This document shows, in pieces, positions 30,589-40,740 of a stretch of DNA of 64,000 bases (position 1 is the stretch's first letter; each line of letters opens with the position of its first letter). The DNA is from an uncultured Gemmatimonadales bacterium (GTDB lineage Bacteria > Gemmatimonadota > Gemmatimonadetes > Gemmatimonadales > Gemmatimonadaceae): NCBI GenBank assembly GCA_963707505.1, contig CAVPQB010000006.1, positions 96,001-160,000 on the forward strand, given 5' to 3'. The notes under the pieces are model-generated. The model had not been told where the DNA came from. It was given only the letters and a program-made list of their open reading frames with translations, and did not search any database. The position numbers and the translations under genes were made by a program.

Positions 30589-32919
30589 ATGAAAAGGTTG
30601 TTCTCCATTCTTCTGCTACTGGTCATGCCTGCGGTGGTTCACGCACAGGCATCCGTGCACGGAACAGTTGTCGATCAACAGACCGGCACGCCCATCGTCG
30701 GTGCGTCGGTCGTGATCACAGGTACGACTGTCGGCGCCATCACCAATGACGCTGGCGGCTTCAACATCAGCACCGACCGCAGCGTCACCAGCCTGACGGT
30801 TACGAGCGCAGGTTATGAAGCCATTGAAGTGCCGGTGACGGACGCGAGCGTACCGCTACGCATCAGGCTCACGCCATCGCAGACCAGGCTTCCCGGTGTA
30901 CAGATCGTCGCCAACAAGCCGACTCCATCCACCGCGATCCTCACGCAGCAGGATCTCAATCGCGCGAGCGGGCTGAGCCTCGAGAACTCGATCAATACGG
31001 TTCCCGGCGTCTTCATGCAGTCACGCACACCCTGGGGCGGTGCGCGCATCACGATCCGCGGATACTACCCAAGCACCAGTGGCAACAGCCCGAACTCCAA
31101 CGGTCTGGGATACAACGTCTTTCTGAACAACATCCCGGTCACCGATGCTTCCGGCGCAACCATACTCGACGACATCGACTACTCGACACTCGGCAATGTC
31201 GAAGTCATCAAGGGACCAGCATCGAGCCAGTATGGCAGCCAGATCGGCGGTACGGTGAGATTTACGACTACGCGCCCAACGCCGAACGAGACCAGCCTCA
31301 GTCAGCAGCTGACGAGCGGGAGCTACGGTCTGCTCCGCAGCAATACGAGTTTCCAGACCGCGACCAACACGTCGGACCTGGTGCTGAATTACGGCCATCA
31401 GACCTACGACTCGTTCCGTCCGCACAGCGGATCTCTGAAGGATTACCTCAGCGCGACCGGAGATTACACGGTCAGCGACAACCAGACGTTATCTGCGTAC
31501 TTCGCCTACAACCGCTCTTTCGAGGAGCTCGCGGGCGAGATCGATAGCGCAGACTTCTACGCACGTCGTCCGGTAAGCAACGCGGCCTACCTCGCCAACG
31601 ACTCGCACATCCAGATCACCAGCTTCGTCACCGGCCTGACCGACAATTATCGCTTGACCGACGACATTACCAACAAGACCACTGTGTTCGGCACGGGTCG
31701 TACTTACGGCCAGCCATTCGCCCATGGCTTCACGGACGCCAATCAGTTCACCTTCGGCGCGCGCTCGGCCTTCGGCTATTCAGGTCAGTGGGGTGTTGCC
31801 GATGTGACCGGCACGCTCGGCGGAATGCTCGAGCGCACCAACATCTCGACCAATGGCGTGTTCATCGTTCCAGCGCCGCCATACCCCCAGCGGCCTACGG
31901 ATCAGGAGAACTACGCCACCATCGCCTCGCTGTTCACGGAATGGAACTTCGCCATGCCGAGCCAGGTTACACTGACAGTTGGCGCGAGCCTCAACAAGAA
32001 CGAATTCGGCATCCGCAACATGCTGAAGAACGGTCAGGTATTCGACACCACGACGACACAGGTCAGATCGTTCGACGCAGTGATCGCGCCTCGCGTCGCA
32101 CTCACCAAGGGCTTCGGTAGCAACGCGTCAGTGTACGCGAGCGTCAGCTCGGGTTACACGCCGCCGCTGCTGAGCAATACCATCGACAACACCGGCGCTG
32201 TCGATCTCTCGCTCAAACCTGAGCGCGCCGTACAGTATGAAGTCGGAGCGCAGGGCAGCCTCCTGGCGAATCGCCTCAACGGGCAGATCTCGCTATTCGA
32301 CATCGAGAACACCGACAAGCTGGTATCCCAGACGGCGAACTCGATAACGTACACGACCAACGCCGGCAAGCAGCGCGACCGCGGTGCAGAAGCATCACTC
32401 AGCTATCTCGTGATCGACAACCCGACGCAGCTCGTGTCGCTGGTACGTCCGTGGGCATCGTACACGTACACCGACTCCAGATTCATCGACTTCAAGAGCG
32501 ATAACAACAACAGTGCTGCGACGGTCGATTTCTCGGACAAGGCAGTGCCACGCGTTCCGCGCAACATGTTCAACGGCGGACTCGACCTGGCCACCAGCCA
32601 GGGCATCTACCTCAACAGCACTTATCAGTACGTCGACAAGGTCCCCGTTACATTCGACAACTCGACCTACGTCAAGTCATACGATCTACTCGGTGCCAAG
32701 ATCGGTTACAAGACGAAGGTGGACAAACACTGGTCGTTCGATGCGTCAGTGGGCGGCGACAACCTGCTCGGCAGCACGTACTACAGCTTCCTGTTCGTTG
32801 GACCGAATTACGCCGGTCTCGCACAGGCACAGGACGGCGGCCACGGCGATGGATACATCATCCCCGGACCGTACAAGGCGACGGTCTACGGAAACCTGAC
32901 GCTGCGCTACACGTTCTGA
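30589..32919 (+). CDS. TonB-dependent receptor
   Basis: Signal peptide, CarboxypepD_reg-like N-terminus, plug (VPGV..ITIRG..EVIKGPAS..YG), C-terminal LRYTF. Confidence 0.92.
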   Translation: MKRLFSILLLLVMPAVVHAQASVHGTVVDQQTGTPIVGASVVITGTTVGAITNDAGGFNISTDRSVTSLTVTSAGYEAIEVPVTDASVPLRIRLTPSQTRLPGVQIVANKPTPSTAILTQQDLNRASGLSLENSINTVPGVFMQSRTPWGGARITIRGYYPSTSGNSPNSNGLGYNVFLNNIPVTDASGATILDDIDYSTLGNVEVIKGPASSQYGSQIGGTVRFTTTRPTPNETSLSQQLTSGSYGLLRSNTSFQTATNTSDLVLNYGHQTYDSFRPHSGSLKDYLSATGDYTVSDNQTLSAYFAYNRSFEELAGEIDSADFYARRPVSNAAYLANDSHIQITSFVTGLTDNYRLTDDITNKTTVFGTGRTYGQPFAHGFTDANQFTFGARSAFGYSGQWGVADVTGTLGGMLERTNISTNGVFIVPAPPYPQRPTDQENYATIASLFTEWNFAMPSQVTLTVGASLNKNEFGIRNMLKNGQVFDTTTTQVRSFDAVIAPRVALTKGFGSNASVYASVSSGYTPPLLSNTIDNTGAVDLSLKPERAVQYEVGAQGSLLANRLNGQISLFDIENTDKLVSQTANSITYTTNAGKQRDRGAEASLSYLVIDNPTQLVSLVRPWASYTYTDSRFIDFKSDNNNSAATVDFSDKAVPRVPRNMFNGGLDLATSQGIYLNSTYQYVDKVPVTFDNSTYVKSYDLLGAKIGYKTKVDKHWSFDASVGGDNLLGSTYYSFLFVGPNYAGLAQAQDGGHGDGYIIPGPYKATVYGNLTLRYTF

Positions 32920-32937
32920 GCTTCCTTGTGAACCATG

Positions 32938-32978
32938 AAACAAAGCGGGGCCGGCATCGCGCCGGCCCCGCTTTGTTT
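32938..32978. terminator. Bidirectional terminator between convergent genes
   Basis: aaacaaagcggggccggc-atcgc-gccggccccgctttgttt. Confidence 0.85.
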
Positions 32979-33014
32979 AAGTCTGTCTTGCTACGATCCG
33001 GTAAGTCCTGCCGA

Positions 33015-33251
33015 TCAGTCCCGGCGCGTCCTGCCCGAATCGGTCGAATCCCGATGCGTATCCGGATCCAGAGCACGCTCGGCCTTGCCGAAGTTCTTCT
33101 GAATCTTGCCCTTCAGCTGCTCGCCACGTCCCTCGGCGTGCATGCTCGAATCGTCGACCGCGTCGCCGACGTCGCCCTTGATCTTGCCGGCCGCTTCCTT
33201 GACGGCTCCCTTAGCTTCGTTCGCGGCACCCTTCTTGTTCATGTCTGCCAT
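33015..33251 (-). CDS. csbD: CsbD family stress protein
   Basis: KGAVKEAAGKIKGDVGDAVDD..AEGRGEQLKGKIQ..G; SD GGAGG. Confidence 0.85.
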   Translation of the reverse strand: MADMNKKGAANEAKGAVKEAAGKIKGDVGDAVDDSSMHAEGRGEQLKGKIQKNFGKAERALDPDTHRDSTDSGRTRRD

Positions 33252-33294
33252 GTGCTCATCCTCCGTTGTTTGCATGATGATAGTGCTACACGAG

Positions 33295-33309
33295 GCAAGC
33301 GGCATGCCG
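33295..33309 (-). promoter_or_regulatory. Sigma54 -24/-12 promoter candidate for csbD
   Basis: CGGCATGCCGCTTGC, GG-N10-GC spacing. Confidence 0.65.
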
Positions 33310-33410
33310 AGTAGCGCTCAACGACCCCGTACTTATGAGACACTCTTGTTGGGGTTGCGCTCGCCGGAGAATATCTTTGTATGCTCCTGTACTGACCCTC
33401 ATAACACACC

Positions 33411-34721
33411 TTGATCAAGCGTTCCAGAACAGCGCAATCCCTCCGGGCGATCGCGCGCGCGGCGATCTTCGTCACGATCGCGACGGCAATCGCCGCATGC
33501 GCCGACGTTCCGACTGCGTTCGGTCCGACGCCCGCCCAGGCGAAGGCAAACGCCGACGGATTGTTCGGAGCGTTCGTTAAACGTTTCACGAACGTCGAGC
33601 GTACTCCGCGCTACGCTCGCGCGAGAGAGATGCTGCTGCACTACGCGCTCACACCGTCCGAAGTTTACGGCGACACGTCGATCTGGACCTCGTCCGGGCC
33701 CGACGGATATCGCACGCTGTTCGGCAACGCCACGTTCCGGGATGGTCGCTACATCTTCAGCAACACTGTCACGGATGATCCCGTACAGGAGCTCGGCGAG
33801 GGGCGTCACATCATGCGCCTTCACAAGCTCAACAACGATGATTACGACTGGTTCACCGGCGTCGATTTCGTCGCTGGAACCATCAAGGCAAACGACTTGG
33901 GGAACGTCATTACACAGTGGCTGGCGGCAAGTGAAGGCCATAACGGAACAGAACTGCGTGCAGGATATCGCACCCAGTTCCCGCGAACCACGGAAGCATT
34001 GGGCAAGCTGTACTCTCTCGACACGCTGATTTCGACGCGCGATGCAGACGGCGCCAACAATCTGTATGCAGTAGTACACATCACGCCCGACGGAATTCGC
34101 AAGGACTATCCGGCGTATGCCGCATACATGGCAAAGTACGCAGACAAGGTGAAGCTTCACTTCACGCTACAGGATTCGCGCGGATCCAGGTGGCTCGACG
34201 TGACGTCGCGCGATGGTTACATCACGCTCCATCTGCGATCGCGTGACGGACACTTCGCTCCACTCGAGGGTCCCATCCGCCCCATGCCCGACACTCTCGC
34301 GATGCGGGTGGATTTCACCGCGAAGATCAAGCTCTTCACGATCGGCGTCGAGCACATGACCGGAGAGTGGGTCAACATCCACACCGAGCATGATCGCGGT
34401 TGGGCTCTCCGTTTCACAAAGGAGCCAGGCTGGGTGCTTCCCCCGATCGTCGGGTATCTCATCAAGTCGCCGCTTCGCCGTCCTTTCGAGGGAAACGGCA
34501 CGCAATTCCGCTTCACCATCCACGACCAGCCAGGCGCACCCACGCTCATGAGCCGCCGAGGCTCCACTACTGTCCGCGAGAGCGCGATCCTTCGCTTCAT
34601 TGGCAAGCTGGGCGGCGCTGCGATGGGTGATTTCGTATCGAACGCGGAAGCTGATGAGAACCGCTTCAACGTCGTACTGTACAGCGCACTGAAAGCGGAC
34701 GTGGATTCAGCGATTCGTTAG
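33411..34721 (+). CDS. Hypothetical lipoprotein
   Basis: Lipobox-like IAAC; 436-aa ORF with typical codon usage. Confidence 0.7.
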   Translation: MIKRSRTAQSLRAIARAAIFVTIATAIAACADVPTAFGPTPAQAKANADGLFGAFVKRFTNVERTPRYARAREMLLHYALTPSEVYGDTSIWTSSGPDGYRTLFGNATFRDGRYIFSNTVTDDPVQELGEGRHIMRLHKLNNDDYDWFTGVDFVAGTIKANDLGNVITQWLAASEGHNGTELRAGYRTQFPRTTEALGKLYSLDTLISTRDADGANNLYAVVHITPDGIRKDYPAYAAYMAKYADKVKLHFTLQDSRGSRWLDVTSRDGYITLHLRSRDGHFAPLEGPIRPMPDTLAMRVDFTAKIKLFTIGVEHMTGEWVNIHTEHDRGWALRFTKEPGWVLPPIVGYLIKSPLRRPFEGNGTQFRFTIHDQPGAPTLMSRRGSTTVRESAILRFIGKLGGAAMGDFVSNAEADENRFNVVLYSALKADVDSAIR

Positions 34722-35653
34722 CGCGCAACTTCTTCATCTTCAAACGGGATCACCACTTCCATCCCGTCCCGCGCCACGACAGCCGACGGAAACACCGACC
34801 TCGCCTCGGCCGCCAGCTGCTGGACGTCGCGCGAGTATCGCGATGAGATGTGCGTGAGCACCAACCGTTTCACCGCCGCTTTTTCTGCGACGGTTGCCGC
34901 CTCGCGAGCGGTACTGTGACCGGTCTCGATGGCGAGCGGCGCCTCCTCGTCTGCGAAAGTCGCCTCGTGAATGAGCAGATCGGCGCCCGTCGCGACCTCG
35001 ACCGTCGTGTCCGAAGGGCGAGCGTCGCCCGTGAACACGAGCTTTCGTCCGGCACGCGTGGGTCCGACGAGCTCCGAGGGATGCACGACCCTCCCGTCGG
35101 GTAGCGTTATCTCGTGCCCCTTGTGGATCTGACCCCAGAGCGGACCCTCCGGGATTCCCATTGACCTCGCAAGTTCGGGATTGAAGCGGCCAAGCCTCGA
35201 GCTCTCCACGATCGCCAGACCAAGCGCGAGCGCGCCACCATGCTCGACGCCGAAGGGGAGTATGGAGTAGCCATCACGCTGGAGCGACTCACCGGGTGTC
35301 ATCTCGATGTAGCTGATCGGAAAGTGCTGTTTGTCGCTTCCGAGCGTCACAGCCTGGCGCAGCAGCCGCTCCGATTTGGGCGGCCCGAAGAGCCTCATGG
35401 GTTCGGTCCGCCCTTGCAGCGCCATGGTCCGGATGAGCCCCGTGACCCCGAGAATGTGGTCAGCGTGCATGTGGGTGAAAAAGATGTCACCGACGTTGAA
35501 TGACACGCCGTAGCGCATCATTTGGCGCTGAGTCCCTTCACCACAGTCGAAAAGAAATGTCTCGCCCCCGCGGCGGATCGCCAGCGATGTGACGTTGCGC
35601 TCGACCGTGGGCCGAGAGGCAGATGTTCCTAAAAAACGAACGCTCAGATCCAT
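34718..35653 (-). CDS. rnz: Ribonuclease Z
   Basis: FLGTSASRP, DCGEGTQ, THMHADH, GPLWG exosite, HEAT, GHST, THISSRY. Confidence 0.95.
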   Translation of the reverse strand: MDLSVRFLGTSASRPTVERNVTSLAIRRGGETFLFDCGEGTQRQMMRYGVSFNVGDIFFTHMHADHILGVTGLIRTMALQGRTEPMRLFGPPKSERLLRQAVTLGSDKQHFPISYIEMTPGESLQRDGYSILPFGVEHGGALALGLAIVESSRLGRFNPELARSMGIPEGPLWGQIHKGHEITLPDGRVVHPSELVGPTRAGRKLVFTGDARPSDTTVEVATGADLLIHEATFADEEAPLAIETGHSTAREAATVAEKAAVKRLVLTHISSRYSRDVQQLAAEARSVFPSAVVARDGMEVVIPFEDEEVAR

Positions 35654-35765
35654 GGCCCAATATATCGAAGTTGACTTTTGGGTCGTTCCGGCCTATACTT
35701 GATGGAAGTACCACCCGTGTGCGACGGGTAGCTACGCCTTTGTCGCAACCAGAATTCACGGTCGC

Positions 35766-35838
35766 GGGGCTGTAGCTCAGTTGGTAGAGCGCTGCAATCG
35801 CACTGCAGAGGTCAGGGGTTCGATTCCCCTCAGCTCCA
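35766..35838 (+). tRNA. tRNA-Ala (CGC)
   Basis: GGGGCTG/CAGCTCC acceptor stem with G3:U70, anticodon arm ctgca-atCGCac-tgcag, GGTTCGATTCC. Confidence 0.95.
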
Positions 35839-35946
35839 CTTGGATGTTACCGCAGGCTTCGGCCCGCGTCTTGTAAATAGATATTGTATTGCCCGCCGCC
35901 GATCGGTAGGACGTAGAGTTCCAATGACGGCGTGCGTGGCAGCCTA

Positions 35947-35974
35947 ACCCCGGGATAACTCCTGGGGTTTTTTT
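35947..35974 (+). terminator. Intrinsic terminator downstream of tRNA-Ala
   Basis: ccccggga-taac-tcctgggg followed by a T run. Confidence 0.8.
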
Positions 35975-36018
35975 GTATGGGCAGCCCCCTGTGCCTGCCC
36001 CGCCTCAGTCCGGTGGGC

Positions 36019-36312
36019 CTACGCCGGCGCGAAGGCCGGCGCCCCGAACCCCACCGGCATCGAGCGCTTGAAAAGCTCGGCGATAGTTGTATCGGTCAGC
36101 GCAGCCTGGATCTTTGACGCCGGCACTCGATCGGTAACCACCGAGGCCTCCACTCCGCGCCAGTCGAACCGGGCGTACCGGTCCTTGCGCCCCGTGCTCG
36201 GGTCCGGATGATGGAATACGACGTTCGCGCTGCTATAGCCCGGAAGCTGGACCTCGACGCCCCAAAGCGTGCCGTCCGCGGTCCGAAAAGGCTTCATATT
36301 CTTGATGCTCAC
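36019..36312 (-). CDS. Hypothetical protein
   Basis: 97-aa ORF overlapping the stop of the upstream gene; FHHPD..DRYA segment. Confidence 0.6.
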   Translation of the reverse strand: MSIKNMKPFRTADGTLWGVEVQLPGYSSANVVFHHPDPSTGRKDRYARFDWRGVEASVVTDRVPASKIQAALTDTTIAELFKRSMPVGFGAPAFAPA

Positions 36313-36587
36313 GGTCCCTCCTCGAAGAGTTGCTGCACGTCGAGCTCAACGCCAAGATAATTGATCTCGGCGACATAGCTCTCGATGTCCACGGCCAGCG
36401 CGCGCACCTCGGCTTCGAGCTCCTGCGCCGCCTCACTCGGCTCCGCCGCCGTGCTGTTCACCGATGCGAGCTCGAACTCGCGCACCTTGTCGCGCCAGAT
36501 CGATAAATCGCGGCGAAGGTCGGCGACGATCTCTCGAACCATGGGATACGACGGATGTCGCGCATCGAGCAGTGGCCCCCAATCCAT
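36309..36587 (-). CDS. Small coiled-coil protein, resembles the N-terminal part of DUF2203
   Basis: PMVREIVADL..EINYLGVEL pattern. Confidence 0.5.
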   Translation of the reverse strand: MDWGPLLDARHPSYPMVREIVADLRRDLSIWRDKVREFELASVNSTAAEPSEAAQELEAEVRALAVDIESYVAEINYLGVELDVQQLFEEGP

Positions 36588-36596
36588 TTGCCGAAT

Positions 36597-37634
36597 CTAA
36601 TCTGCGGTGTTGTGGGGTTGTAGTAAGCCGAGGCTCACGTCCTGCTGCACCGCTGCAGTGCGCTGCCGCGAGAGCTGCAGCTCGACAATTGCGTACGAGC
36701 CCAATACCAGAACAGCCGCAATTCCCTGCGCGATAAGTGTCTCGACTGTCGGGAAGATCGCGAACCACAGCCCCATCCACGGACGAATCACACCCTCGAG
36801 AGCTGGAATAGGGGTCGTGCCGATCCAGTGCGCCAGCTGCATCTCCTGCGCCTGCTCACCAACCATCACGAGCAGCACGATACCGAGAAGAGCGCCAGTG
36901 AGCACGAGCATGCGCTTGTACGGCAGCTTGCGATGTGCGACGAACGTCAGCACCGCAACGATGCTGGCGAAGATGAGACCGACGATCACGCCGTTCAGGA
37001 CCGCGTGACCGCCAAGCTTGAGCCGGTAGTTCTGCAGGAAGAGAACCACCTCGAAGCCCTCGCGATACAGCGACGTGAATCCAAGCGCTGCAAGGCCCCA
37101 CGCAACACGCGCACGCGACTCGCCACGATCGACGCTCTTGAGCAACGCGCGCTTCTTCTTGGTGTGCAGCGAGATCCAGCCAGACCAGTAGAACTTGTGG
37201 AAAAACCAGTTCATCACGATGAGGAGCACGATTATCGCGATCAGACCCGTTGCCGCCTGGAGGTCGAGCGCCGGCACGCTATCCCCGATGCTATCGAGAA
37301 TGCCGACGACGATTCGCCACGTCAGCAACGTCGCGATGAACGCGACTGCAGCGCCAAGCGTGATGGGCTTTCGATACAACTTGCTGTCGCCCACCATGCT
37401 CGCGGTGATTGCGGAGAGCACGAGAATGCATTCGAGACCCTCGCGGAAGACGAGCACCGCAATGTCAATCGACGCCGCCGTCGAGCCGTGGTCGAGCGTG
37501 GGCTCCGGATTCCCTCCCGCAGTCACGCCCTGCCAGACCAGTAAAGCAATGACGGCGAGAGCGCCGGCGATCCATGCAATGCGGGATCCGATGCGCCGCG
37601 CCGGAAGGGTGGATTCCTGTGAACGTTCAGTCAT
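36597..37634 (-). CDS. FTR1/EfeU family iron permease
   Basis: Two REGxE motifs (REGLE, REGFE) and multiple TM helices. Confidence 0.9.
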   Translation of the reverse strand: MTERSQESTLPARRIGSRIAWIAGALAVIALLVWQGVTAGGNPEPTLDHGSTAASIDIAVLVFREGLECILVLSAITASMVGDSKLYRKPITLGAAVAFIATLLTWRIVVGILDSIGDSVPALDLQAATGLIAIIVLLIVMNWFFHKFYWSGWISLHTKKKRALLKSVDRGESRARVAWGLAALGFTSLYREGFEVVLFLQNYRLKLGGHAVLNGVIVGLIFASIVAVLTFVAHRKLPYKRMLVLTGALLGIVLLVMVGEQAQEMQLAHWIGTTPIPALEGVIRPWMGLWFAIFPTVETLIAQGIAAVLVLGSYAIVELQLSRQRTAAVQQDVSLGLLQPHNTAD

Positions 37635-38265
37635 CTGTCAGATGGTGCTCTATCACGTAACGTGTCTGGCCCGCGACCGATGAGATACCGAGCTTGCGCG
37701 CGATGCTCTCACGATGGGTCTCGACCGTTCGGTGGCTGATTCCGAGATCCGCCGCGATCTCCTTGTTGGTTCCGCCAGCGGCGACACGCACGAGCACCTG
37801 TCGCTCGCGCCTGGTAATTGGCGATTCGGTTTGTGTAATGGCTGCGACGCGTGGCCGCGCCAGCTCGGGACTGAAGAATGTCTCACCGGCCATCACGGCA
37901 CGAACTGCTGCGCGCAGGTCAGTCGCTGCACTGTCCTTCAACAGGTAGCCGTGAGTACCGGCGCGCACGCTCTCCGCAATGTATTCCGCATCGTCGTGCA
38001 TGCTCAACATCAGAATGCGCGTGTTCTCGAGATCACGCCGCAGCTCGGCCAGCACCCCAAGCCCCGATCCGCCAGGCATGGATACGTCGAGTATTATCAC
38101 ATCCGGCCGTTGCTCTCGTGCAAGCCGCAACGCGGACGGTCCGTCGGTCGCCTCGGCGACCACCGCGACACCGGGCATGGACTCGAGAATGTGTCTGATT
38201 CCCGCGCGCACCACCGCGTGATCGTCCGCCACGAGAACCGTTATCTCCTGTGCCACTGCGGTCAT
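37627..38265 (-). CDS. NarL/FixJ-type response regulator
   Basis: ADDHAVVR, LDVSMP, GYLLK receiver; LuxR HTH (TNKEIAADLGIS.RTVETHR). Confidence 0.93.
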   Translation of the reverse strand: MTAVAQEITVLVADDHAVVRAGIRHILESMPGVAVVAEATDGPSALRLAREQRPDVIILDVSMPGGSGLGVLAELRRDLENTRILMLSMHDDAEYIAESVRAGTHGYLLKDSAATDLRAAVRAVMAGETFFSPELARPRVAAITQTESPITRRERQVLVRVAAGGTNKEIAADLGISHRTVETHRESIARKLGISSVAGQTRYVIEHHLTDD

Positions 38266-40082
38266 GCGATGACACCCACGTCCAGCGGCAGACTCGCAGC
38301 CAGCTGAGCCCCTCCCCCAGGGTTGTCACAAAGCTCGACGGAGCCGCCGAGTGACGCGAACCGCTCCCGCATTCCGATGAGTCCCATACCGGAGTGTGTC
38401 GAACCGCCGCGCTCGGAAGGGAGTCCGCACCCGTCATCGATGACTGTCAGCTTGACGTTGCCGTCGTCGCAGATGAGCGCTATATCGACGACCGATGCGC
38501 CTGCGTGGCGGCCGATGTTCGACAGCGCCTCCTGAAGGGCGCGATAGAATGCGAGATCCGCGCCGTCTTCGAGTGCAGGAAACTCCTGCGCTGGTGGAAG
38601 ATCGAGACGCACTTCCGTGCCGGATCGTTGCGCGAACGCCGTCGCGACGGATCGCAGCGCGGGTACGAGCCCCAGATCGTCGAGCAGGGACGGCCGCAGA
38701 TCATGAATCACTGCGCGAATGCTGCGTATTCCCGCATCGGTCAGCGCGAGTGCCTCGTCCACCCGGCCGGCGTCAGACGCGGGAACGACGTCGCGGAGAA
38801 TCGCGAGCTCCATCTTGACCGCAGATAGCAGCTGCGCGGTTTCATCATGCAGCTCGCGCGACAGCCGGCGGCGTTCATCTTCCTGCTGCAACACCATTCG
38901 TGTCGAGAGACGCTCGAGGTCTGCGGTGCGCTGTTGCAGCGCGCTGTACAATCGCGAATTTTCGAGAGTGCCGCCCATCTGGCGGCCGAGCGCGGTGAGA
39001 AAATTTGCGTCGAGCGCTGCGAACGGAACGTGATCTTCTGCGACTATCACGAGCGCACTTCCGCCACCCTCTGCGCCACGCTCCTCCACGGGCAGAACCG
39101 CTGCAAACGGGAAGGCGAGCCCGTCGCCAATTGCATCTGCGACAGCGCTCCACTCCGGCGCGATGAACGCACGTTGCGAGCCGGCCGCAACACGCGACAG
39201 CAGCACGGCCTGCGACCCCGTTGGCGTCGTTCCACTCCATCCCTCGCACGCACCCACGCCAAGCTCGAAATACCCATCACGCGCCGGGTCGAGTCGGAAT
39301 ACCGCTGCACCGCTCACTGCCGGCACGGAAACGATCCGCTGCAGAACCGTCGCGACCACGCGCTCACGTGATGACGAGGCAGCCGACATCAGATCAGACG
39401 AGAGAGTGCCGAGTGTACCGACACCGCGACGAAGGTCATCGGTGACGAGCAGAAGGATGCCGGCACCGACGGTGATCGTGAGGAGCACATCAACGTAATA
39501 TCCCCATGGAAGCCACGCGCCGTACGCACGCAGCAATGGATAGTCGAGATGATGTACGCCCCACACGAAGAACGCTGCGGCGAGGACAGTCGCGCCGGTC
39601 GAGCGCGTGCTGCGTGCGTAGCGATAGAACACGACTCCCGTCCACAGTGTCGCGCACGACAGAAACAGCACCATCGGAACTGACGCGAGTGTGTACGCTC
39701 CGAGATGGTAGACTGCGAAGTACGACCAGATTGGTGGAAAAAGTACCGCGATGATGTGCCAGCGTCGTCGCCGAAATCTGCCCGAGAATACGAGCGCGGT
39801 CGCGAGCACTGCGAGCGCCGTCCATCCGGTGAAGACCTGATGCCAGTAGAGCAGTATCGATTCGCGCGTGAATATGAACGCACCGATCGCCGCGAGTCGC
39901 ACGACATACAGTCCCCACGCAAGCGACCACCACGCGAATACCGGCTTGCGGTACTCGCGATACTGCCATGCGCAGACCACCATGAGCCCGAGTGTGACCG
40001 AAATCTGCAACAGCACGGCCGCCAGTTCGGCGCCTGCTGCGGCAAATGCTGGGCTGGACTCCGGCGACCAACTCTGAATCAT
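38262..40082 (-). CDS. Membrane sensor histidine kinase (HisKA_3)
   Basis: About 7 TM helices, GAF-like region, ERRRLSRELHDETAQ, QEALSNIGRHA, DDGCG, GMGLIGMRER. Confidence 0.92.
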   Translation of the reverse strand: MIQSWSPESSPAFAAAGAELAAVLLQISVTLGLMVVCAWQYREYRKPVFAWWSLAWGLYVVRLAAIGAFIFTRESILLYWHQVFTGWTALAVLATALVFSGRFRRRRWHIIAVLFPPIWSYFAVYHLGAYTLASVPMVLFLSCATLWTGVVFYRYARSTRSTGATVLAAAFFVWGVHHLDYPLLRAYGAWLPWGYYVDVLLTITVGAGILLLVTDDLRRGVGTLGTLSSDLMSAASSSRERVVATVLQRIVSVPAVSGAAVFRLDPARDGYFELGVGACEGWSGTTPTGSQAVLLSRVAAGSQRAFIAPEWSAVADAIGDGLAFPFAAVLPVEERGAEGGGSALVIVAEDHVPFAALDANFLTALGRQMGGTLENSRLYSALQQRTADLERLSTRMVLQQEDERRRLSRELHDETAQLLSAVKMELAILRDVVPASDAGRVDEALALTDAGIRSIRAVIHDLRPSLLDDLGLVPALRSVATAFAQRSGTEVRLDLPPAQEFPALEDGADLAFYRALQEALSNIGRHAGASVVDIALICDDGNVKLTVIDDGCGLPSERGGSTHSGMGLIGMRERFASLGGSVELCDNPGGGAQLAASLPLDVGVIA

Positions 40083-40220
40083 CGGCCTCGGCTGAGAGAA
40101 AAACTTACCCGAACAAATCTCTCGGTATTATATCGCCGGTGATGCCTTCGGCAAAGTCACAAATGTGTCGGAATGTCATCATCCCGCCGAAGGCTGGGAT
40201 GACGAATCGACAATCCGCCC

Positions 40221-40691
40221 CTAGTTCCGCTCCGCCAGCATCTGCTCCCGCCGCCTCGAAGCGATCCCATGCAGGTGGTGATCGGCCTCGGTCTCCAGAA
40301 TCAGCGGCGGAACTGGCGCCGGCTTGCCGTCGTCGCCCAGATGGACGAAGGTCAGCCAGCACTCGTTCGTGTGGCGGCGGCCACCGGTTCTCAAATCCTC
40401 GGCGTACACGTCTGCCACGACTGACATGGACGTTCTGCCCACGTGAGCGACGTGGGATCGGATCTCGACCAGATCACCTACCAGAATCGGCTCCTTGAAC
40501 AGAATCCGCTCGACCGACAGCGTGGTCGCCTGGCCTCCGGAGTGCTTCATCGCCGACAACGCAGCGCACTTATCGACCATGCTCATTACCACGCCTCCAA
40601 AGATCGACGGCGTGCGCAGACCGTTCGCCTGGCTCGGCATCATCAGATCGGCGATGATCGCTTCGGATTCGCGCGGGGTCTTCCCCTTCAT
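40221..40691 (-). CDS. Acyl-CoA thioesterase (hotdog fold, YciA-like)
   Basis: MPSQAN..IFGG..MVDKCA, VGRTSM, TFVHL..GKPAPVP. Confidence 0.88.
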   Translation of the reverse strand: MKGKTPRESEAIIADLMMPSQANGLRTPSIFGGVVMSMVDKCAALSAMKHSGGQATTLSVERILFKEPILVGDLVEIRSHVAHVGRTSMSVVADVYAEDLRTGGRRHTNECWLTFVHLGDDGKPAPVPPLILETEADHHLHGIASRRREQMLAERN

Positions 40692-40740
40692 TTGTCTTCC
40701 GTTTGTTGGTGGTGCGGCGTGTATCGTCATGCCTGAGCCA

